64,000 nucleotides of DNA from Candidatus Krumholzibacteriota bacterium (GCA_016931295.1 JAFGEZ010000012.1:6100-70099), one strand, 5' to 3'; shown: positions 37,206-47,352, counted from the stretch's first letter. Program-made: numbers and translations. Notes: generated by a model not told the origin, from the letters alone.

Positions 37206-39818
37206 GTGAAGAGCAGGCCGGTCTTTCCCCTCGTCAACGCGGTACTGCTGGGGATCTCGGCGCTGACCGGGCTGCGGATCCTGCCCGGTCCCGGATGGGT
37301 CGGCGTGCTCCTCGCCTTCTACGCGCTCGTCGTGCTGCCGGGGATCCTTCTCCACCGCCTGATCTTCCGCAGGTCGGTTTTTTCGCTCGACGGTATGGGG
37401 ACGGCCATGTCGTTCGGACTGGCCGTTCCGGCGACGATCGCGCTCGCCGGGTTCATCCCCGGTGTCGGATTCGGCGTTCTCGCCGTCGCCGCTTCGGGCG
37501 CCACGCTCTGTTTGCTGCTGCTCGACCGCCGATCGAGCGATCGGCGGCGCGGAACGGCGACGGAGCTCGTCGGCGTCTTCGCCGGCGGGGATCGTCTGGG
37601 GAGCGGGGAACGGTCCGCAAGGTTTCTCCTCGTCGCGCTGATCTTCGCGGCGTGCGCCGTTTTCTTCCAGGGAACGGGGGAACTCGGCGCGGGAAGCGAC
37701 GGTCCCGATCATGTCTCCTTCGTTCGCCGCGCCATCGAGACGGGAAATCCCTTTCCCGGGGATTCCTTCTTTCGCGAGGGGGACGGCGTCGTTCCCGACG
37801 CCCGGAAGGGGCTCTGGCACGGCGCGATGGCGATCTGGGCAAAGCAGGCCGACGCCGATCCCGTCCTGCTCTGGCGGGCAGCTCCTGCGGCGCTCGCGGC
37901 ATGCCACCTGATCCTCTTCCTCTTCTTCGCGCGCGCCGTCACTGGATCGGCGCTCCTCTCGTTGCTTGCCGCGGTCTTCTTCCTCGTCTTCTATCGCGGC
38001 GAGGGGTTCGTCTGGCTCACGAAGGCGGCATTCAGCCGCAATGTCGCGCAGGCGATGCTCTGGGGCGCGGCCGGAAACGCGATCCTGTTCCTCCGGGGCG
38101 GCGACCGCCGTCGCCTCGCCGCGGCGGCATTCGTTTCCGTCGCCGGGTGCGCAGTCCACCTGATCTTCGCCCCGCTGCTCGGGATGTTCCTTCTCGGACT
38201 CGCCGTGCACGCACTGCGGCGCGGCGGCGGGGGAGGGGCGAGGCGGCGGGTCGTCGAGACCGCGGCCGTCCTTCTCCTCGCAGCGTCGGTTGCGACGGCG
38301 GTCCGGCTGATACGGACCTTTTCTTTCGGCAACGAGATCCATGCGCACATGCAGGGCATGCTCCTGCTCGGCGGCGGTCTCGTCGTCCTCGATCCGGTCG
38401 AGCTTTTGTCCCGGATGCACGCAGTCTTCTTCTTCGTCGTCGCCGGGGCGATCTTCCTCGCGCCGCCCTTCACCTCCCGGAAAAACGTCTCTCTCGCGTC
38501 GGCCCTCTTCTGGCCGCCGGTGATCTTCGTCCTCTTTCCCCCGACGGCGACCCTTCTCGAGAGGATCCTCGGGTATCTCCACTACCGTATCCTCTACGCG
38601 GCGCCGGTGATGTGCATGCTGGCGATCGTTCTCGCACGGCTCGCGGGGATCGTCCTGGCCGGAACGCGGGGGAAAAGCGGATCGGGACGGATCGCCGGGC
38701 GGGTCGCCGCCCTCGCGGCGCTCGTTTTCTTCGCCGCTGTCCCGCTCAGGTTCGGCCTGAAGGACGCGGTCTCCGCGGTCCGGGAGATGCCTAAGGCATC
38801 GGAAACGCCGGCGGCCGGGGAGCAAATCGCGGATCTCCTGCGCGGTCACGGCCGGCCGGGCTCCGTCGTCATCTCCGATCCGAGGACATCGTACCTGATA
38901 TCGGCCTACACCGATCTCTTCGTCGCGACGATCGACGGGCAGCACGGTTCGCCGGCCGACACGGCGGCGGCAACCCGTTTACGCGAGACGCGGGACCTGT
39001 TCTCGCCCTTCGTGCCGATCGCGGCGAGCGTGCCCTGGCTTCGCGCGACCGGCGCGGATCTCCTCCTCCTCGATACGGGGATGCCGGCCGATTTCTTCGG
39101 CACGATGCCGGCGACCGGCGCCGGCCCCGTGCTCGAGAAGATGCGCCGATGCGCCCTGTTCGACGAGATCGACCGGCGAAACGGACTCGTCCTCTTCGAC
39201 CTGCGTCTGGACGGCGGGCTCTCCGCCGCCGACTCGGCGAGCGTCCTTCGCGCCGATCGCGGCGATGCGTGTCCCGAGGGAAGCGTCCGGGGCGGGGCGG
39301 CGGCGGTCGGCGAGACGATCCGTCTCGAGGGTATCTGCCTGGAGCGGTCGACGGTCGCCCCCGGGGACACCCTGCGGGGAACCTTCCTCTGGTCGATCGG
39401 AGAGCCCGTGTTCTTCGGTTTGCCGATCGCCTGGACGCTCCGGCTCGACGCCCCCGAGTCGCGGGGGACGTGGCATCGTCCATGGTACGGAAAGCAGTAC
39501 CGGCGGATCGTCGAGCGGCGTGACGGTCGTTTTCGCCGCGCGACCTTTTCCGGACTCGTCGGGGCGGCCGGCCTCCGGCCGGACGGATGGGAGACGGGGA
39601 GTCCCGCCTACCGCGAGGCATTCGCCGTGTTCCTCCCTTCGTCGATGGCGGCGGGAGAGTGGACGATGCGGGTGACCGTGAGGCGGGTGCCCTACATGGA
39701 CAACCGGACGATCGCAGACTACCTGCGGAGCGAGGACTCCTTCCACGGCGCTGTCGTCGGTGCGATCGTCGTCGGGTTGGAAGGCGGGATCGAGGGGGGA
39801 GAAGCCGATGCTCCCTGA
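37206..39818 (+). CDS. large polytopic membrane protein with C-terminal periplasmic domain, putative GT-C fold glycosyltransferase (ArnT/PMT-like)
   Basis: GTG 37206 after a gggaggatga RBS. About 13 TM helices over 500 aa, then a roughly 350-aa soluble domain. Follows the GT2 + ArnE-like pair, which is the canonical context for GT-C enzymes. Confidence 0.55.
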   Translation: MKSRPVFPLVNAVLLGISALTGLRILPGPGWVGVLLAFYALVVLPGILLHRLIFRRSVFSLDGMGTAMSFGLAVPATIALAGFIPGVGFGVLAVAASGATLCLLLLDRRSSDRRRGTATELVGVFAGGDRLGSGERSARFLLVALIFAACAVFFQGTGELGAGSDGPDHVSFVRRAIETGNPFPGDSFFREGDGVVPDARKGLWHGAMAIWAKQADADPVLLWRAAPAALAACHLILFLFFARAVTGSALLSLLAAVFFLVFYRGEGFVWLTKAAFSRNVAQAMLWGAAGNAILFLRGGDRRRLAAAAFVSVAGCAVHLIFAPLLGMFLLGLAVHALRRGGGGGARRRVVETAAVLLLAASVATAVRLIRTFSFGNEIHAHMQGMLLLGGGLVVLDPVELLSRMHAVFFFVVAGAIFLAPPFTSRKNVSLASALFWPPVIFVLFPPTATLLERILGYLHYRILYAAPVMCMLAIVLARLAGIVLAGTRGKSGSGRIAGRVAALAALVFFAAVPLRFGLKDAVSAVREMPKASETPAAGEQIADLLRGHGRPGSVVISDPRTSYLISAYTDLFVATIDGQHGSPADTAAATRLRETRDLFSPFVPIAASVPWLRATGADLLLLDTGMPADFFGTMPATGAGPVLEKMRRCALFDEIDRRNGLVLFDLRLDGGLSAADSASVLRADRGDACPEGSVRGGAAAVGETIRLEGICLERSTVAPGDTLRGTFLWSIGEPVFFGLPIAWTLRLDAPESRGTWHRPWYGKQYRRIVERRDGRFRRATFSGLVGAAGLRPDGWETGSPAYREAFAVFLPSSMAAGEWTMRVTVRRVPYMDNRTIADYLRSEDSFHGAVVGAIVVGLEGGIEGGEADAP

Positions 39819-40950
39819 GTCGCCGGCGGATCGGTCGACGATCCTCCTCTTCTCCGATGCGCCCTATGCCGGCGGCGCGGAACGCTACCTGTCGCTCCTT
39901 GCCGGGGGACTCGACCGGGCCCGCTTCGATCCCGCGCTCGTCATCGCCTCGAGGGGGCGGCTCGACGCTCTCCGGCGCGACGCCGAACAAGCGGGCGTGG
40001 CCGTGCACGAGACGGGGCCGGTCGATTCCGCGCGCGGTCTCTCCGCGTTCCGCCGGCTGACAAGGCGGCTTTGCCCGGCGATCCTCCATCTCAACCTGCC
40101 CGGACCGTTCAACGCCGCCTGCGGTCTCGTCGCCCCGGTCGGCCGGCTCTCGGGCGCGCGTCACGTCGTCTCGACCGAGCACCTGCCGATGGTGCCCTCC
40201 TTCGCCAGGGCGCGCCTGCTCCGGGGCATCGGGGGCCGCTTCATCGAACGCGTCCTCACGGTGAGCGAGGACAACCGGGGCCACCTCGCGCGGATCCATC
40301 GCGTCGATCCCGCCCGGGTGCGCGTCGTTCGCATCGGCGTCCCCGATCCGGGCCCCGTGTCGCCGGCGGGCTTGAGAAAGCAAACGGGGATCGGGTCGAG
40401 CGCCTTCGTTCTCATCGCCGTGGGGGCGCTCGAGGAGCGGAAGGGACATCGACACGCGATCGACGCCCTCGGCCTGCTGCCGGGAGATGTGCACCTCTTC
40501 GTCGCCGGGAGCGGGGAAGCTCGCGAGAAACTCTCCGCGCGCGCGGCGGCGGCGGGTGTCGCCGGACGCGTTCATTTCCTCGGGCAGCGAACCGACGTTT
40601 CGTCGCTTCTCGCCGACGCGGACTGCCTCGTCCTCTCGAGCGAGCTCGAGGCGACGCCCTACGTCATCGTGGAGGCGATGGCGGCGGGTCTTCCCGTGGT
40701 CGCGAGCGGCATCTTCGGCATCCCCGAGCTCGTGGAGGAAGGCGTGACGGGCCTGCTCGTGCCGCCGGGCGACCCGGCCGCGATCGCAAGAGCGATCGCG
40801 GCGCTCGCCGCGGACCCCGCCATCCGCCGGCGCATGGGGGCGGCGGCGAGGCGGCGATACGAGGAGCGATTCACGCTGGAGCGATTCGTCGCCGAGACCG
40901 TCGCCGTCTACCGGGAACTGCTCGATGCGACGAAGGGGGGGGACGCGTGA
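39808..40950 (+). CDS. GT1 (GT4) glycosyltransferase
   Basis: GT4 C-terminal motifs (EATPYVIVEAMAAGLPVVASGIFGIPELVEEGVTGLLV). Overlaps the previous gene end. Confidence 0.75.
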   Translation: MLPESPADRSTILLFSDAPYAGGAERYLSLLAGGLDRARFDPALVIASRGRLDALRRDAEQAGVAVHETGPVDSARGLSAFRRLTRRLCPAILHLNLPGPFNAACGLVAPVGRLSGARHVVSTEHLPMVPSFARARLLRGIGGRFIERVLTVSEDNRGHLARIHRVDPARVRVVRIGVPDPGPVSPAGLRKQTGIGSSAFVLIAVGALEERKGHRHAIDALGLLPGDVHLFVAGSGEAREKLSARAAAAGVAGRVHFLGQRTDVSSLLADADCLVLSSELEATPYVIVEAMAAGLPVVASGIFGIPELVEEGVTGLLVPPGDPAAIARAIAALAADPAIRRRMGAAARRRYEERFTLERFVAETVAVYRELLDATKGGDA

Positions 40951-42167
40951 AGATACTGCTCGCCCTCTCCTGGGCTCCGTGGCCCGTCAGGCGGGGAACC
41001 GACCGGCTCATGATGAACCTCGCCGGGGGACTCGCAAAAGGCCACGAGGTCTTCCTCGTCACGATGGCGCTCGATCGGGCGGGGCTCCGCGAGGTGGAGG
41101 ATGCGGCCCAGACTGGCGTGCGCGTCAGGGCGATCCTCGCGCCGAATCGCCGGAGCGCGCTCCACCGTGCAGCCTACCGCGTCCGCAACGCCGCGCTGCG
41201 CCGGCTTGCCCGCGTGCCGCGGCAGACCCTCTACGCGGCGCCTCCCGCGTTCCTCGATGCCGTCAGGAGGACGGCACGCGTGGAGGCGATCGATGCCGTC
41301 ATCGCGTCCTACTGGCACCTGTACCGGCTGGCGGGGACGACCGGCGCCCCGATCGAGGCCTTGTTGACCCATGACATCGATTTCCGCGTACACGAGGAAC
41401 GCATCGCCCGGGGGCTGTCGACGTTGCCTCCGGGGGAGGCGGAACGGCGCGAGCGCATCGAACGGGAGGCGTATCGCCGGTACCGGCGGATCGTCACCGT
41501 CACACCGCGCGACGCGGAGACGCTCAAGGAACTCGACGAGACGCGCGGCGCGACGATCCTGCCGCTGCCGCTCGCGATGGATCTCGACCGGTTCCGCCCC
41601 GGCGGTGGGCGGCGGGAGACGGACACGATCCTTCTCCTCGGCTCCTTCGACGCCGATTTCAACCGCGACGCCCTCTCCTTCTTCGCGCGGGACGTGCTGC
41701 CGATCGTGCGGCGAACGAGGCCGACTGCGCGTCTTCTCGTCGTGGGGCACCACGCAAACGGCGACCTGCGGCGCGAAGCCGGCGGGGGCGTCGAGTTCGC
41801 CGGGGGCGTACCCGATATCCGCTTGCATCTCGCCTCGTGCGCGCTCATGGTCTTGCCGCTCCGATTCGGCGGCGGGGTGCGCATCCGGATGATGGAAGCG
41901 GCGGCGATGGGAACGCCCGTCGTGAGCACAGGGATCGGCGTCGGCGGCATGGGACTCGTGCCGGGGCGGGAATACCTCGAGGCAAACGATCCGGCGGCGA
42001 TGGCGGAGGCCGTTGTCTCGTTGCTCGATGACGGCGATCTCGCCGCGCGCATCGGCCTCGGCGCCAGGAACTGGGCCGAGCGGACGATCTCGATGGCCGA
42101 TTATCCCGAACGGCTCGACCGGATGCTCGACCGACTCTCGGAGAACCGTCCCGGCGATCGCGCGTAG
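40947..42167 (+). CDS. GT1 family glycosyltransferase
   Basis: GTG start overlapping the upstream stop (GTGA). GT-B C-terminal motifs (RMMEAAAMGTPVVSTGIGVGGM). Confidence 0.7.
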   Translation: MKILLALSWAPWPVRRGTDRLMMNLAGGLAKGHEVFLVTMALDRAGLREVEDAAQTGVRVRAILAPNRRSALHRAAYRVRNAALRRLARVPRQTLYAAPPAFLDAVRRTARVEAIDAVIASYWHLYRLAGTTGAPIEALLTHDIDFRVHEERIARGLSTLPPGEAERRERIEREAYRRYRRIVTVTPRDAETLKELDETRGATILPLPLAMDLDRFRPGGGRRETDTILLLGSFDADFNRDALSFFARDVLPIVRRTRPTARLLVVGHHANGDLRREAGGGVEFAGGVPDIRLHLASCALMVLPLRFGGGVRIRMMEAAAMGTPVVSTGIGVGGMGLVPGREYLEANDPAAMAEAVVSLLDDGDLAARIGLGARNWAERTISMADYPERLDRMLDRLSENRPGDRA

Positions 42168-42213
42168 TTTTCCCGGTGGTCGCGGACGCCGCGTCGACAG
42201 AGCGGCCGGTTCG

Positions 42214-43704
42214 TCAGTTTCCGATCCGGCGCGACACGTCGACCCGCGGCATGTAATCGTCTACCGGGGGGAAGTTGTCGAGGTTGCGGCCGATCGCCGC
42301 CTCGAGGAAGGCGTTCGTCCACCGGAAGATGTCGTACCGACGGACTGCAAGGCGAAGCCGCTGCATCCGTTCCTTCCGCTCGTCGGCGGGCATGGTGAAG
42401 GCACGGTGGATCGCGGCGGCGACCTCCTCGATATGATAGGGATTGACGAGTATCGCCCCCTTCTGGAGCTGGGCGGCCGCGCCGGCGAATTCGGAGAGGA
42501 TCAGGACGCCCTTGCCCTCGATGCTGGCCGCGCAGTACTCCTTGGCGACGAGGTTCATCCCGTCCTTGATGGGAGTGATGAGGGCGATCTCCGCGGTGCG
42601 GTAATACGCGAAAAGCTCCGTCTTCTCGAGGGGACGGTGGATGTAGTGGATCGGGACCCAGCCCGAGCTCGTGTACCGGCCGTTGATGTCGCTCACGAGC
42701 TGCTCGATCTCGATCTTCAGCTCCTGATAGCGCGGGATGGAGCGCCTGCTCGGAACGACGACCTGGACGAGCGTGACCTTCCGGTGGAACTCGGGATGCG
42801 ACTGGAGGAACCGGTCGAACGCCTTCAGGCGCAGGGGGATCCCCTTCGTGTAATCGAGCCGGTCGATACCGAGGATGATCTTGCCGTTCGGGATGTACTC
42901 GTGTATGTACCACGCCTCGTCGGCCACCGTCCGGGAATCGGCGATCCCCTCGAAGGCGCGATAGTCGATCCCGATGGGAAAGGCCCCGACGCGGATACGG
43001 TGCTTGCCGAAACGGATCTCCTGCACCTGGCCGGCGCCGCGGACGCTGACCCCGTCGACGAGCGAGCGGACGCAGTTGATGAAGTTGCGGCGGTCGCGGA
43101 GGGTCTGGAACCCGATGAGGTCGTAGTCGAGGACGGCGCGGAGGAGCTCGGTCCGCCAGGGGAACTTGAGGAAGATGTCGAGGGGCGGGAAGGGGATGTG
43201 CAGGAAGAAGCCGAGGCTGGAGCGGACGCCGCGTGCGCGGAGTTCCTCGGCGACGGTGAAGAGGTGGTAGTCGTGCACCCAGATGAAGTCGTTCTGGCGG
43301 GTGTGCTCGGCGATCGCCGCGGCGAACTTCCGGTTGACTTCCCGGTAGATCTCCCAGTACGCGGGATCGAAATCACACATCGACTGCAGGTCGTGGAACA
43401 GGGGCCAGATCACCTGGTTCGCCATGCCGGCGTAGAAGCCGTCGATCTCCTCGCTGGTGAGGTCGACCGTCTTCATCGTGTAGCCCGCGCTGCGGGACGC
43501 TTCCTCGACGATGGCCGCGATCTCCCCGTTGCCCTGCGCCCCGGGCCAGCCGATCCACATCCCGCCGCGGTCCCGCAGCACGGGGGCGAGGGCCGTCACG
43601 AGCCCCCCGGAACCCTCGTGGACGACCCATGCCGTGCCGGTGCGCTCCAGCACGAAGGGGAGCCGGTTCGATATCATCACAACCCGCTTGATGTCGGCGC
43701 CCAT
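42214..43704 (-). CDS. otsA: alpha,alpha-trehalose-phosphate synthase (GT20)
   Basis: GT20 motifs (VVMISNRLPF, WVHDYHL, INGRY...PIHY). True start ATG 43704 inside ORF 42214..44205. Confidence 0.85.
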   Translation of the reverse strand: MGADIKRVVMISNRLPFVLERTGTAWVVHEGSGGLVTALAPVLRDRGGMWIGWPGAQGNGEIAAIVEEASRSAGYTMKTVDLTSEEIDGFYAGMANQVIWPLFHDLQSMCDFDPAYWEIYREVNRKFAAAIAEHTRQNDFIWVHDYHLFTVAEELRARGVRSSLGFFLHIPFPPLDIFLKFPWRTELLRAVLDYDLIGFQTLRDRRNFINCVRSLVDGVSVRGAGQVQEIRFGKHRIRVGAFPIGIDYRAFEGIADSRTVADEAWYIHEYIPNGKIILGIDRLDYTKGIPLRLKAFDRFLQSHPEFHRKVTLVQVVVPSRRSIPRYQELKIEIEQLVSDINGRYTSSGWVPIHYIHRPLEKTELFAYYRTAEIALITPIKDGMNLVAKEYCAASIEGKGVLILSEFAGAAAQLQKGAILVNPYHIEEVAAAIHRAFTMPADERKERMQRLRLAVRRYDIFRWTNAFLEAAIGRNLDNFPPVDDYMPRVDVSRRIGN

Positions 43705-43708
43705 GGCG

Positions 43709-44494
43709 TCATCCTTCCGTCTCACGAAGCCATCGTTCCAGGAATGCGAGAAGCCCCTCCGGCGGCGTGATGCGCGCGGCCGCTGCCGTCCGCCGGTTCG
43801 TCCGGGAGACGAGGATGCCCGTTCCGCGCCCCCGTATCGCCTCGAAGGCGTCCTCGTCGGTGAGGTCGTCCCCGAGAAAACAGGCGAACGCCTGACGGTT
43901 CTCGGCGAGGAGCGTCGAGACGGCGGTTCCCTTGTCGCGTCCGGGCGGGCGTATCTCGATTCCCCCGTCGAAGGGGCGCAAACAAAGGCCTCGCAGGTCG
44001 GCGATCCGCCGCCAGGCAGGCTCCACGTCTCGTTGCAGTCGTTCGATCGTTTCGTCGGGCGCGCCGCGCCAGTGCAGCGCGACACCGGCGGGCTTCGTCT
44101 CGCAGCGATCGCGGAAACCCGCCTTCCCGGCCGCGTCGAGCGCCTCCTCGAGTCCGGCGGCCGCGCGGGCGTCGAGCGAGGGCGGCTCGTACCTGCCGTC
44201 GGCAAGCAGGCGTTCCCATCCGTGGCTTCCCCACACCTCCGGGCGGCGCCCGGTGCCGAGGAGCGACACGAGCGAATCGACGCCGCGTCCCGTGATGACG
44301 ACGGTGCGGCATCTCCCGGCGGCGAGAAGCCGGTCGATCAGTTCCGTCACGCCTGGCCAGGGAACGGCGCGGTCCCGGTCGACGACGAAGGGAGCGAGGG
44401 TGCCGTCGTAGTCGAGCATCAGCAGCCGCCTGTCCGCGCGGGCGAGTTCCGCGAAGAACCGGTCGGGATCGAATGCGGGATCGAGGATATCCAT
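43709..44494 (-). CDS. otsB: trehalose-6-phosphate phosphatase (HAD superfamily)
   Basis: HAD motif I LMLDYDGTL, motif IV GDDLTDEDAF. Adjacent to otsA with a 4-nt gap. Confidence 0.8.
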   Translation of the reverse strand: MDILDPAFDPDRFFAELARADRRLLMLDYDGTLAPFVVDRDRAVPWPGVTELIDRLLAAGRCRTVVITGRGVDSLVSLLGTGRRPEVWGSHGWERLLADGRYEPPSLDARAAAGLEEALDAAGKAGFRDRCETKPAGVALHWRGAPDETIERLQRDVEPAWRRIADLRGLCLRPFDGGIEIRPPGRDKGTAVSTLLAENRQAFACFLGDDLTDEDAFEAIRGRGTGILVSRTNRRTAAAARITPPEGLLAFLERWLRETEG

Positions 44495-44522
44495 ATCATG
44501 GGCGCCCGCGGCTGGCGGGCGC

Positions 44523-45764
44523 CTATTCGAGCACGATACGCTCGCCGGCGCCCCGGATGAGAGTCACCATCGTGGTGAGGTATTCGCGGAGGTGCCGGGT
44601 AAGCAGGAAGTTCTCCCTGACGAAACGGTGCGCCTTCCCGCCCATCGCCTCGAGACGGTCGCGGTGGCAGAGGAGATATCTCGCGCGAAGGGCTGCTCCC
44701 TCGGGGGTGTTGACGAGGAACCCGGTGTGGTGATCGAAGACCTGGATCCGGATGCCTCCGGTGTCGCCGCCGATCACCGGTTTCCCCTTCCACATCGCCT
44801 CGGTCACGGTGAGCCCGAAACCCTCCCTGATCGATTTCTGCAGGACGATGTCCGCGCCGCGCTGTAGCGCGTTGATCTGGCGGTGCGCGTCCGCGGGGAG
44901 GACGAGGACGTGGATGTCGGCGTCCCCCTCGGCGGCGGCCCGCACCTCGTCGAGGACCTCCTGCGATTCCGGATCGTCCGTGGCCTCGCCGCCGGCGAGG
45001 GCGAGCTGGACGGTCGGCAGGAAATTCTTCGTGAGACGGTAGGCGCGTATCACGCCGACGGGATCCTTGAACCGGTCGTAGCGCGAGACCTGGAGCATCA
45101 GGGGGCGCTCGACGTCGATTCCCAGCGAGAGGAGCGTCGTCTGGACCTCCGTGTCCTTCAGGTCGATGTTCTTCTCGGACAGGGGGTCGATGCTCGGAGG
45201 GATCAGGTACTCGAGATGCGGGAGGGGCTGCGCGAACGCGGCGAGCGAGAAGACGCTCGCGTCGTAACCGGCGATGAACGGCCGGAGGTACTTCCACACA
45301 GAACGGTTCGGGCGGCTCGCGTCGATGTGGCACCGCCAGATCCATTTCCCCGTGCGCGATTCGAAGTGGCGGAGCAGCGGCGCCGGCTGGGGATCGTGGA
45401 TGAAGACGATGTCCGCCTTCTCGAGGACGGGGCGGAGGGTGTCGGCGTTCGCCGCGTTCACCTCCTCGTAGATCTTCAGCATCCGTTTCGGCACGTCGAC
45501 GCGATCTCCCTGGAGCGCGTTGTGGAAGCTCTTCGTCACGGAGAAGAAATCCTGGTTCCCCTCGATGACCTCCCACGAGACGTCGATCCCGAGCTCCCGT
45601 TTCAGGGGGACGAGCTTCGCGAGGATCTCGGCGACGCCGCCGCCCTTCTTCGTCGAGTTCACGTGAACGACGCGTATGCCCCGCAGGGGCTCGACGAGCT
45701 GGTGAAGGTGGTCGATAACGTCCCAGCCGACGATGTCGGCGTATTGTTCGAGCATCGAGGTCAT
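44523..45764 (-). CDS. GT4 glycosyltransferase of the TreT (trehalose glycosyl-transferring synthase) type
   Basis: TreT-like N-terminus (VHVNSTKKGGGVAEILAKLVPL...DVSWEVIEGNQDFFSVTKSFHNALQG). True start ATG 45764 inside ORF 44523..46562. Confidence 0.65.
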   Translation of the reverse strand: MTSMLEQYADIVGWDVIDHLHQLVEPLRGIRVVHVNSTKKGGGVAEILAKLVPLKRELGIDVSWEVIEGNQDFFSVTKSFHNALQGDRVDVPKRMLKIYEEVNAANADTLRPVLEKADIVFIHDPQPAPLLRHFESRTGKWIWRCHIDASRPNRSVWKYLRPFIAGYDASVFSLAAFAQPLPHLEYLIPPSIDPLSEKNIDLKDTEVQTTLLSLGIDVERPLMLQVSRYDRFKDPVGVIRAYRLTKNFLPTVQLALAGGEATDDPESQEVLDEVRAAAEGDADIHVLVLPADAHRQINALQRGADIVLQKSIREGFGLTVTEAMWKGKPVIGGDTGGIRIQVFDHHTGFLVNTPEGAALRARYLLCHRDRLEAMGGKAHRFVRENFLLTRHLREYLTTMVTLIRGAGERIVLE

Positions 45765-46438
45765 CGCGATCGCTCCCCGAACCGGCCGGCGAAGATGCCG
45801 GCGAGCTGCTGGCGCAACTCGGTGAGTGTGCCGAAGTAGGGGTCGACGTTTCCGAGGAGGCCGCAGAGATCGCGGTACCGGTCCTCGAAGCCGTAGAGCC
45901 ACGAGCTGAAGTCGTCGATGTTGCCGAATGTGCGCCGGCGGGCGTCGATGAAATGGTAGAAGATGCTGCTTCGGCTCATGGACGGGACGACTACGGCGAG
46001 TTCCTCCGGCTCGTGGATGACCTTGCGGGTGTCGAAGACGACGATCTGCGAGGTGATGAAATGGAACTCCGCGTCCGGACGCGTCCAGGAAATCGTCTCG
46101 ATCTCGTCCATGCGGGCCTCGAGGATGTCGACGATCGCCAGGCGGAGTTCCTCCAGGTCGGGAAGCCGCGCCGGGTCGATCGTCCCGAGACGCTCGGCGA
46201 GCACCTTGTCGTGCAGGGCGTGCCGGGCCCACGAGGCGAAGTCGTTGTAGTACTCGGGATCGTCGAAGCGGGCCTTGAGCAGTCCGCTCCAGAAGTGGTA
46301 GTAGATGCATCCGGAATCTATGTCCCGTACGATATTCCGGAGTTCCTTGAGATTCTGCGCGCGGATCCCCGTCGCGATCGCGGCGAGCGCGCAGTCCTTG
46401 ATCTCGAAGGAGGCATGTCCGGTGTCCGTCGTATCCAT
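45761..46438 (-). CDS. hypothetical protein with internal tandem repeat, co-transcribed with TreT-like/otsBA
   Basis: 225 aa. Two related segments (CIYYHFWSGLLKARFDDPEYYNDFASW and SIFYHFIDARRRTFGNIDDFSSW). Stop overlaps the TreT-like start. Confidence 0.55.
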   Translation of the reverse strand: MDTTDTGHASFEIKDCALAAIATGIRAQNLKELRNIVRDIDSGCIYYHFWSGLLKARFDDPEYYNDFASWARHALHDKVLAERLGTIDPARLPDLEELRLAIVDILEARMDEIETISWTRPDAEFHFITSQIVVFDTRKVIHEPEELAVVVPSMSRSSIFYHFIDARRRTFGNIDDFSSWLYGFEDRYRDLCGLLGNVDPYFGTLTELRQQLAGIFAGRFGERSR

Positions 46439-46607
46439 CCGTCAGCTCCTGCTCCGGGGAATGAGGCGGAACGAGCGCGAGGAGATCGAAACCCTTCCGG
46501 ATCGCCGTCCCGGAACGGGCCCGATACGCCGCAATACTAATGGAAACGCCGGGGGCGTTCAACTATAATAACCCGGTCGCTCGCCGAAACACACGAGGAG
46601 GACGTTC

Positions 46608-47339
46608 ATGAAGGGGATCATTCTCGCGGGGGGGCTCGGCACGAGGCTCATGCCGCTGACCCGGATCACCAACAAGCACCTGTTGCCCGTCTACGACAAA
46701 CCGATGGTCTTCTACCCGATCCAGGCGCTGATAAACGCGGGGATCCGCGACATCCTCATCGTGACCGGCGGGAACAACGCGGGCGATTTCCTCAGGCTCC
46801 TCGGGAACGGAAAGGATTTCGGGCTCGAGCACATCGACTACACGTACCAGGAGGGCGAGGGGGGGATCGCCGAGGCGCTCCGTCTCGCCGAGTATTTCGC
46901 CGGGGGAGAACGCATCTGCGTCGTCCTTGGCGACAATATCATCGAGAAGAACATCCGCCGCGCCGTCGAATCCTATCTCCGGCAACCCTCCGGGGCGAAG
47001 ATCCTCCTCAAAGAGGTCCCCGATCCGGAGCGGTTCGGCGTGCCCCTGCTCGACGGCGAACGCGTGGTGCGGATCGAGGAGAAGCCGTCCGAGCCGGCGT
47101 CCAGCTACGCGGTGACCGGCATCTACATGTACGACGAGCGCGTCTTCGAGATCATCAAAACCCTCGAGCCGTCCGATCGCGGCGAGCTCGAGATCACTGA
47201 CGTCAACAACGCCTACATCGAGCGGGGGGAACTCACCTGGGACGTTCTCGACGGATGGTGGACGGACGCGGGCACCTTCGACTCGCTGCTCAAGGCGAAC
47301 CGGCTCGTCGCCGAGACGGGGGCGAACCTGCTCGATTGA
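46608..47339 (+). CDS. rmlA: glucose-1-phosphate thymidylyltransferase-like sugar nucleotidyltransferase (short RmlA form)
   Basis: GIILAGGLGTRLMPLT...NKHLLPV N-terminal motif. 243 aa. GAGGAGG RBS. Confidence 0.75.
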   Translation: MKGIILAGGLGTRLMPLTRITNKHLLPVYDKPMVFYPIQALINAGIRDILIVTGGNNAGDFLRLLGNGKDFGLEHIDYTYQEGEGGIAEALRLAEYFAGGERICVVLGDNIIEKNIRRAVESYLRQPSGAKILLKEVPDPERFGVPLLDGERVVRIEEKPSEPASSYAVTGIYMYDERVFEIIKTLEPSDRGELEITDVNNAYIERGELTWDVLDGWWTDAGTFDSLLKANRLVAETGANLLD

Positions 47340-47352
47340 TGCCCCGCGACGT

